Below, piece by piece: positions 59,475-64,000 of a DNA stretch of 64,000 nucleotides. The notes below the pieces were generated by a model, which worked only from the letters and a program-made list of their open reading frames with translations, was not told the DNA's origin and did not search any database. Source of the DNA: an uncultured Candidatus Saccharibacteria bacterium (GTDB lineage: Bacteria; Patescibacteriota; Minisyncoccia; Minisyncoccales; JANBVM01); the NCBI GenBank assembly GCA_964514375.1, contig CAZEQH010000003.1:12-64011 (forward strand). Direction: 5' to 3'. The stretch's first letter is position 1, and every line of letters begins with the position of its first letter. The position numbers and the translations under genes were made by a program.

Positions 59475-61928
59475 TTACTTTCCGCAGCACTTTTTGTATT
59501 TTTTCCCACTGCCGCAGGGACAGGGGTCGTTTCTGCCTGGCTTGTTCTGCTGAGGAATATGTTTCTTCTGCTGTTTGTCTTCCTCCTTCTTCAGCGATAT
59601 CTCGGCCTTCATAAGGGCATTGGCTGCGGTAAAATCAATGGCAGCCAGCAGTCGCTTGAACATGTCTAAGCTTTCCTTTTTGTATTCCAACAGAGGATCT
59701 TTCTTTCCGTACGCCCTCAATCTCACGGAATCCCTTAGATACTCCATATTTTCCAAGTGCTCCATCCAGAGCATGTCCAGCACCCTCAAATAGATAACCT
59801 TGGCCACGTTGTTCATATTTTTTTCACCTATCTTTGCTGTCTTGGCCTCATACTCTTTCACCGGGAGGTTCGCTTTCTTAATTATCTCCCTGATGAAGGA
59901 AATCAATTCTCCTTGCTTCTCCTTATGTAAAATTTCCTCTCTCCTCTTATAAATGACTTCCCTGTGTTTGTTCAAAACATCGTCATACTCCAACACCCTC
60001 TTTCTGATATCAAAGTTGGCGCCTTCTATCCTGGACTGGGCCTCTTCAATAACCTTGGACACCAGACCGGATTCAATGGGCTGGTCTTCCGGAAGATTGA
60101 GTTTTTCCACCAAGCTCTTGGTCCTATCACCTCCGAATATTCTCAAGAGGTCATCTTCCAGGGAAAGGAAAAATTGACTGGATCCCTCGTCTCCCTGCCT
60201 GCCCGACCTTCCTCTCAGCTGATTGTCTATCCGCCTGGCTTCGTGTCTTTCTGTGCCTGTTACGTGCAGGCCTCCTGCCTTTTTCACCTTTTCTGCTTCC
60301 TCTGCATCCGGAGGATTCCCTCCCAGAATAATATCCACTCCTCTTCCTGCCATGTTGGTAGCTACGGTAACCGCCTTAAGTCTTCCTGCCTGGGCAATAA
60401 TCTCAGCTTCCCTTTGGTGGTTCTTAGCATTCAAAACCTGATGAGATATTCCCTCTTTTTCTAAAAGTTTGGAGAGATATTCGTTTTTGTCTACAGAGCG
60501 CGTACCCACCAGCATGGGCTGTCCCTTGGCATTCCTTTCCGCAATATCCTTTACCAGAGCTTTGAATTTACCATGCACAGTAGCATAAACCTTATCCGCC
60601 ATGTCATCCCTTATCACCGGCTTGTTGGTAGGAACAACTACTACCCTCAATTTGTATACGGAGTCAAATTCCTCCGCAGAACTTAAGGCAGTACCCGTCA
60701 TGCCGGCAAGTTTCCCATACATTCTAAACAGATTCTGGAAAGTAATGGAGGCCATAGTCAGGGATTCCGGCTTAACCGGAACGTTTTCCTTTGCCTCAAC
60801 CGCCTGATGCAGGCCGTGAGACCAGCGCCTTCCGGGCATAAGGCGGCCCGTAAATTCATCTATAATGACAATCTCCCCGTCCTTAACAATATAGTCCCTG
60901 TCGCGGGCAAATAGAGGCTTTCCGTCTGCGGGATTTATAGCCTGTGCCCTGAGAGCCTGCTCCAAGTGATGAAGATATCTGGCGCCCTTCTGTTCATAAA
61001 TATTTTTAACCCCAAGAATACTCTCCACCTTACTGATTCCGTCTTCTGTAATACTTACCACCTTCAGCTTCTCGTCTATGGTGTAGTCCTTCTCGGGTTT
61101 TAGTCTCGGAATGATTGAGGCGAAGTCCTTGTACCATTTAGAACTCTCCGTATCGGGAGCGGAAAGAATCAAAGGAGTTCTCGCCTCATCTATGAGAATG
61201 GAATCTACTTCGTCAATAATGCAGTAATTAGAATCTCTTTGGGCCCTCTGGGAAAATTCATAGGCCATGTTGTCTCTTAAATAATCAAAACCGAATTCGT
61301 TGTTGGTGCCGTAAGTGATATCAGCCGCATAGGCCTCCTGCCGGGAACACGGCCGCAGAAAATCCTCCACTACGTAAAACCCTCCCAAGGTATCCCTCAT
61401 CTCTTCCTTGTCTTCCTCTGGTTTCTTGTAATCAGGGTCGTACAAAAAAGACTGCTCATGGTTAAGACACCCTGTGGTAAGCCCCAGGGCATAATATATC
61501 TGTCCCATCCAGACGGTATCCCTTCTAGCCAGATAATCATTGACTGTAACCAGGTGGCATCCCTTGCCTTCCAGGGCGTTCAAATAAAGAGGCAGGGTGG
61601 CGGCCAGGGTTTTTCCTTCACCGGTTTTCATCTCGGCTATCTTACCCTCGTGCAGTACTATTCCCCCCACCAGCTGGCAGTCGTAATGTCTTTGGCCTAA
61701 AACTCTCTTAGACGCCTCTCTTATCGCGGCGAAAGCTTCCGGGAGCAAATCGTCCAGGGTTTCACCCTTGTCTAATCTTTCCTTAAAATACTTGGTTTTT
61801 TCTTTCAGCTGCTCATCGGAAAACTCCCCAAACTCCTTTTCGAGGTTATTAATCTTATCTACCAGAGGCTGTACTTTCTGTATGTATTTTTGGTTGGCAT
61901 CGCCTAATATTTTGTCGAAAATAGACAT
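59475..61928 (-). CDS. secA: Preprotein translocase ATPase SecA
   Basis: 817 aa. MKTGEGKTL Walker A, DEVDSILIDEARTPL, and the C-terminal zinc motif CPCGSGKKYKKCCG. Confidence 0.95.
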   Translation of the reverse strand: MSIFDKILGDANQKYIQKVQPLVDKINNLEKEFGEFSDEQLKEKTKYFKERLDKGETLDDLLPEAFAAIREASKRVLGQRHYDCQLVGGIVLHEGKIAEMKTGEGKTLAATLPLYLNALEGKGCHLVTVNDYLARRDTVWMGQIYYALGLTTGCLNHEQSFLYDPDYKKPEEDKEEMRDTLGGFYVVEDFLRPCSRQEAYAADITYGTNNEFGFDYLRDNMAYEFSQRAQRDSNYCIIDEVDSILIDEARTPLILSAPDTESSKWYKDFASIIPRLKPEKDYTIDEKLKVVSITEDGISKVESILGVKNIYEQKGARYLHHLEQALRAQAINPADGKPLFARDRDYIVKDGEIVIIDEFTGRLMPGRRWSHGLHQAVEAKENVPVKPESLTMASITFQNLFRMYGKLAGMTGTALSSAEEFDSVYKLRVVVVPTNKPVIRDDMADKVYATVHGKFKALVKDIAERNAKGQPMLVGTRSVDKNEYLSKLLEKEGISHQVLNAKNHQREAEIIAQAGRLKAVTVATNMAGRGVDIILGGNPPDAEEAEKVKKAGGLHVTGTERHEARRIDNQLRGRSGRQGDEGSSQFFLSLEDDLLRIFGGDRTKSLVEKLNLPEDQPIESGLVSKVIEEAQSRIEGANFDIRKRVLEYDDVLNKHREVIYKRREEILHKEKQGELISFIREIIKKANLPVKEYEAKTAKIGEKNMNNVAKVIYLRVLDMLWMEHLENMEYLRDSVRLRAYGKKDPLLEYKKESLDMFKRLLAAIDFTAANALMKAEISLKKEEDKQQKKHIPQQNKPGRNDPCPCGSGKKYKKCCGK

Positions 61929-61948
61929 GTTGGTTCTTTATTATAGGG

Positions 61949-61957
61949 ATTATATCA
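61949..61957 (-). promoter_or_regulatory. Candidate extended -10 element upstream of secA
   Basis: The minus strand reads TGATATAAT about 21 nt upstream of the secA ATG. It is preceded by a weak hairpin and T-run that could terminate hpf. Confidence 0.4.
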
Positions 61958-62025
61958 AAAAAAATAAAGCCCCGATAAACGGGTTTATTGCTTCAATCCG
62001 CAAGGGAAAAAATAAAAACCTGGTC

Positions 62026-62412
62026 TTAAGCCCGCCCCTTCTTTTCCGATATTCTCCTTTTCCGGCCTCGCGCTTTTCTTTTCTCCTTCTTCAGCTCTAT
62101 CTGGAGTTCGTCTTTCATTTTCGTTATGGCAGATTCCAAGCTCTGAGAAACAGCCTTGGCCACAACTTCATGTTTGGGAAATTTCAGTATGGTCTCTGCC
62201 ATGAATACCTGTCCTTTTTTGTGATGCCGGGTGGTTTTTCCGATTTCCACCCAGGCCTCAGCCGGAGATTTCACCTTGCCTGAAGAGGGGCTGACATAAT
62301 TGCCGTCGTACAAGCTATCAATAAATTTCTCAACGGAATTAACTTTCTCTTCAATAAAATCCCTAACAGCGGGTTTTAATTCTATGTCTTTTGTTTTAAT
62401 ATTTATCCTCAT
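62026..62412 (-). CDS. hpf: Ribosome hibernation promoting factor (short HPF/RaiA) with basic tail
   Basis: MRINIKTKDIELKPAVRDFIEEKV is the typical sigma-54 modulation protein/S30EA N-terminus. Confidence 0.85.
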   Translation of the reverse strand: MRINIKTKDIELKPAVRDFIEEKVNSVEKFIDSLYDGNYVSPSSGKVKSPAEAWVEIGKTTRHHKKGQVFMAETILKFPKHEVVAKAVSQSLESAITKMKDELQIELKKEKRKARGRKRRISEKKGRA

Positions 62413-62740
62413 AATAAAGGAAAGCCCGCCTATATTTTAATATCTTTACTGAAATTTTCAAGTATTGAAATTTTAGGCGGGGATAATTTTATTTCCTTTT
62501 CTTTGCTTTCTTTTTGGCTGCCTTTTTCTTCATGGGCTTCTTCTTCATGGGTTTCTTTTTCTTGGCTGCCTTTTTTGCTTTCTTTTTTGCCATGTAAATG
62601 TTTTTGAATAATTTGGAAAAAATTCGACCTTTATTTTTTAAAAAATTTAATATGTTATATTATTTTCTCATTTTTAAAAAGAGTATGTCAAGAAAAATAC
62701 TCTTCATAACTCTGATTTGGAAAAATAATTTATCCATCAA

Positions 62741-63706
62741 CTACTCCAAATATTGAAGCTCCTCCTCGAGGTTAATGCCGAATTTTTCCTTTACTTCCTG
62801 TTTGGCTAAGGCAATAAGTTCTTTCACTTCTTCTGCCTTGCCTCCTCCCAGATTGACGATGAAATTGGAATGTCTTTCCGAGATTTTTACGTTTCCTATT
62901 CTTCTGCCGGCCAATCCGGATTCCGCGATGAGCCTGCCGGCAGGCAGGCCCTCGGCCATAGGCCGGCCGCGGGCGAGGCCTTCAGGCTTTTCTTTATCCG
63001 TGCTCTCTTTTTCCGATGAAGGATTCTTAAAGATACTGCCGGCTGAAGGAAATTCTAAGGGATGCTTTTTCCTGCGATAATCAACGTACTCCGCCATCTC
63101 TTCTGCACCTTTTTTCTTGTCCCCCTTCTTTAAACGAATCTTACAGGACAAAACTATCAAATTAGCATTTTTCTTGAAGACACTGCTGCGGTAGGAAAAA
63201 TCACAATTAGCTTTACTGATATTTCTTATTTTACCCGTTTCCGAGTCGAAAGCCTCCACCTCCTCCACAACATCCTTCATGGAACCATACCAGGCCCCGG
63301 CATTCCCTCTCACCGCTCCCCCGACGGTTCCGGGAATTCCAGCCGCCCACTCCAATCCCGTTAATCCCGCCTCATTGGATTCTTTAATTAATTTATCCAG
63401 AGAAAGTCCTGCTCCAGACACGGCATAATCATCTTTTATTTCAAACTCTGCGTTTTTTACTTTGATTATCAGACCGTTGAAACCCTTATCGGAAATCAAC
63501 AGCTTACTGCCCCCTCCTATTAGGTAAAACGGAATACCCAGCTCCACTGCGGCCTTGACTCCTTGGATAACTTTTTCTTTTGTATTGGCCGCCAAAAAAA
63601 ATCTGGCCGGCCCTCCAATCCGGAAAGTAGTATGGTTTTCCAAAAGCACCTGATATTCAACGCCGGGTAATTTTTCCCTGATTTTATTATCAATTTCCGT
63701 ATTCAT
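62741..63706 (-). CDS. murB: UDP-N-acetylenolpyruvoylglucosamine reductase MurB, with an about 20-25 aa GC-rich insertion
   Basis: FAD-binding RIGGPARFF, YLIGGGSKLL, GIPGTVGGAVRGNAGA, and C-terminal AGSIFKNP...AGRLIAESGLAGRRIG. The segment between FKNP and AGRLI is about 20 aa longer than in the canonical MurB I recall. Confidence 0.9.
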   Translation of the reverse strand: MNTEIDNKIREKLPGVEYQVLLENHTTFRIGGPARFFLAANTKEKVIQGVKAAVELGIPFYLIGGGSKLLISDKGFNGLIIKVKNAEFEIKDDYAVSGAGLSLDKLIKESNEAGLTGLEWAAGIPGTVGGAVRGNAGAWYGSMKDVVEEVEAFDSETGKIRNISKANCDFSYRSSVFKKNANLIVLSCKIRLKKGDKKKGAEEMAEYVDYRRKKHPLEFPSAGSIFKNPSSEKESTDKEKPEGLARGRPMAEGLPAGRLIAESGLAGRRIGNVKISERHSNFIVNLGGGKAEEVKELIALAKQEVKEKFGINLEEELQYLE

Positions 63707-63811
63707 AACTCAAAGGGCCGGGAGAGTTAACTCCTAGGTAAGTCTATGTGAGTGCTGCCTCCCGGCCCAATTTTAATTATTACACACGGATTTTCAAAAA
63801 ACAACAAGAAA

Positions 63812-63917
63812 GTTCGAGGTTCGGAGTTCGGTGTTCGGTGTTTGCAATTAGGATTCAGGCGGTTGCCGAGGGCCTCGCCCGTAGGCCTAGCCTCCGGGCT
63901 ACGGCCGAGGGGGACAC
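63812..63917. repeat. Composite intergenic repeat block (heptads + inverted module M)
   Basis: GTTCGAG GTTCGGA GTTCGGT GTTCGGT (63812..63839). The reverse complement of 63854..63917 matches 23003..23086 (GTGTC-CTCGGCCGTA..GCCTACGGGCGAGGC..AACCGCCTGAA). Confidence 0.8.
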
Positions 63918-63944
63918 CCCACAACCAAACATCGAACGTCTACT

Positions 63945-63982
63945 CAAAAAACAACAGACACTGCTCGAGGAGTGTCTGTTGT
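63945..63982 (-). terminator. Intrinsic terminator for a gene beyond the right edge
   Basis: Perfect 12-bp stem ACAACAGACACT (63951..63962) / AGTGTCTGTTGT (63971..63982) with an 8-nt loop. On the minus strand it is followed by TTTTTT. Confidence 0.7.
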
Positions 63983-64000
63983 CGACTTACAGGAGTTCTC

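Noticed and set aside
63727-63924. 65-aa minus-strand ORF upstream of murB
   Set aside because: It lies entirely within repeat block D (heptads plus inverted module M). It has no coding-like features.
1-64000. Alternative genetic code with UGA as a sense codon
   Set aside because: The prfB autoregulatory site uses UGA as the stop, an RF2 gene is present, and conserved genes (for example tsf and the NifB-like paralog) terminate at TGA at the expected lengths.

Overview
The window reads like a streamlined, AT-rich bacterial chromosome segment, consistent with a Patescibacteria/CPR-type genome. That assignment is an inference from four things: a divergent 16S 5' end, a short EF-Ts, archaeal-type glycolytic enzymes, and lysine-rich protein tails. 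About 60 genes are packed almost entirely on the minus strand. Only rpmE, a shortened prfA, a 56-aa zinc-ribbon ORF, one orphan ORF and RNase P RNA lie on the plus strand.

Content, left to right:
- 16S rRNA 5' end with a candidate promoter, then tRNA-Thr.
- Translation genes: tsf, rpsB, rpmE, prfA, rplY.
- A glycolysis/gluconeogenesis set: class I FBA, fbp, ppsA, acs, gap, and later apgM, eno and pgk.
- A thiol-disulfide module.
- A sulfur-relay operon: ferredoxin, Rrf2 regulator, nifS, nifU, mnmA, thiI.
- trxB, nnrD, ftsZ and a P-type ATPase.
- A fused PyrD-PyrK.
- A metal / Fe-S-like cluster: CDF transporter, MinD-type 4Fe-4S ATPase, AhpD-like protein, two NifB/NifX-domain proteins.
- A Nudix/CYTH accessory island.
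- An RRM protein, tRNA-Gln, ftsEX, prfB with the classical +1 frameshift, tRNA-Thr and tRNA-Gly.
- lepA, murJ, rnpB, rnhA, a RecJ-like DHH protein.
- An orphan TraD/VirD4-like ATPase with a membrane partner and a sigma-region-4/HARE-HTH protein.
- secA, hpf, murB.

TGA is a genuine stop codon here, shown by the prfB CTT TGA C site.

The signals least explained by ordinary annotation are:
1. A modular GC-rich repeat family filling several intergenic gaps. It includes a 133-nt hairpin-rich module present twice, whose closing stem shows compensatory changes, and GTTCGRR heptad tracts.
2. An apparently in-frame copy of one repeat module inside murB.
3. An RF1 lacking domain 1.
4. The orphan coupling-protein-like ATPase module.
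5. A perfect 52-bp tandem duplication spanning a gene's 3' end.

No CRISPR array, transposase or integrase was recognised.
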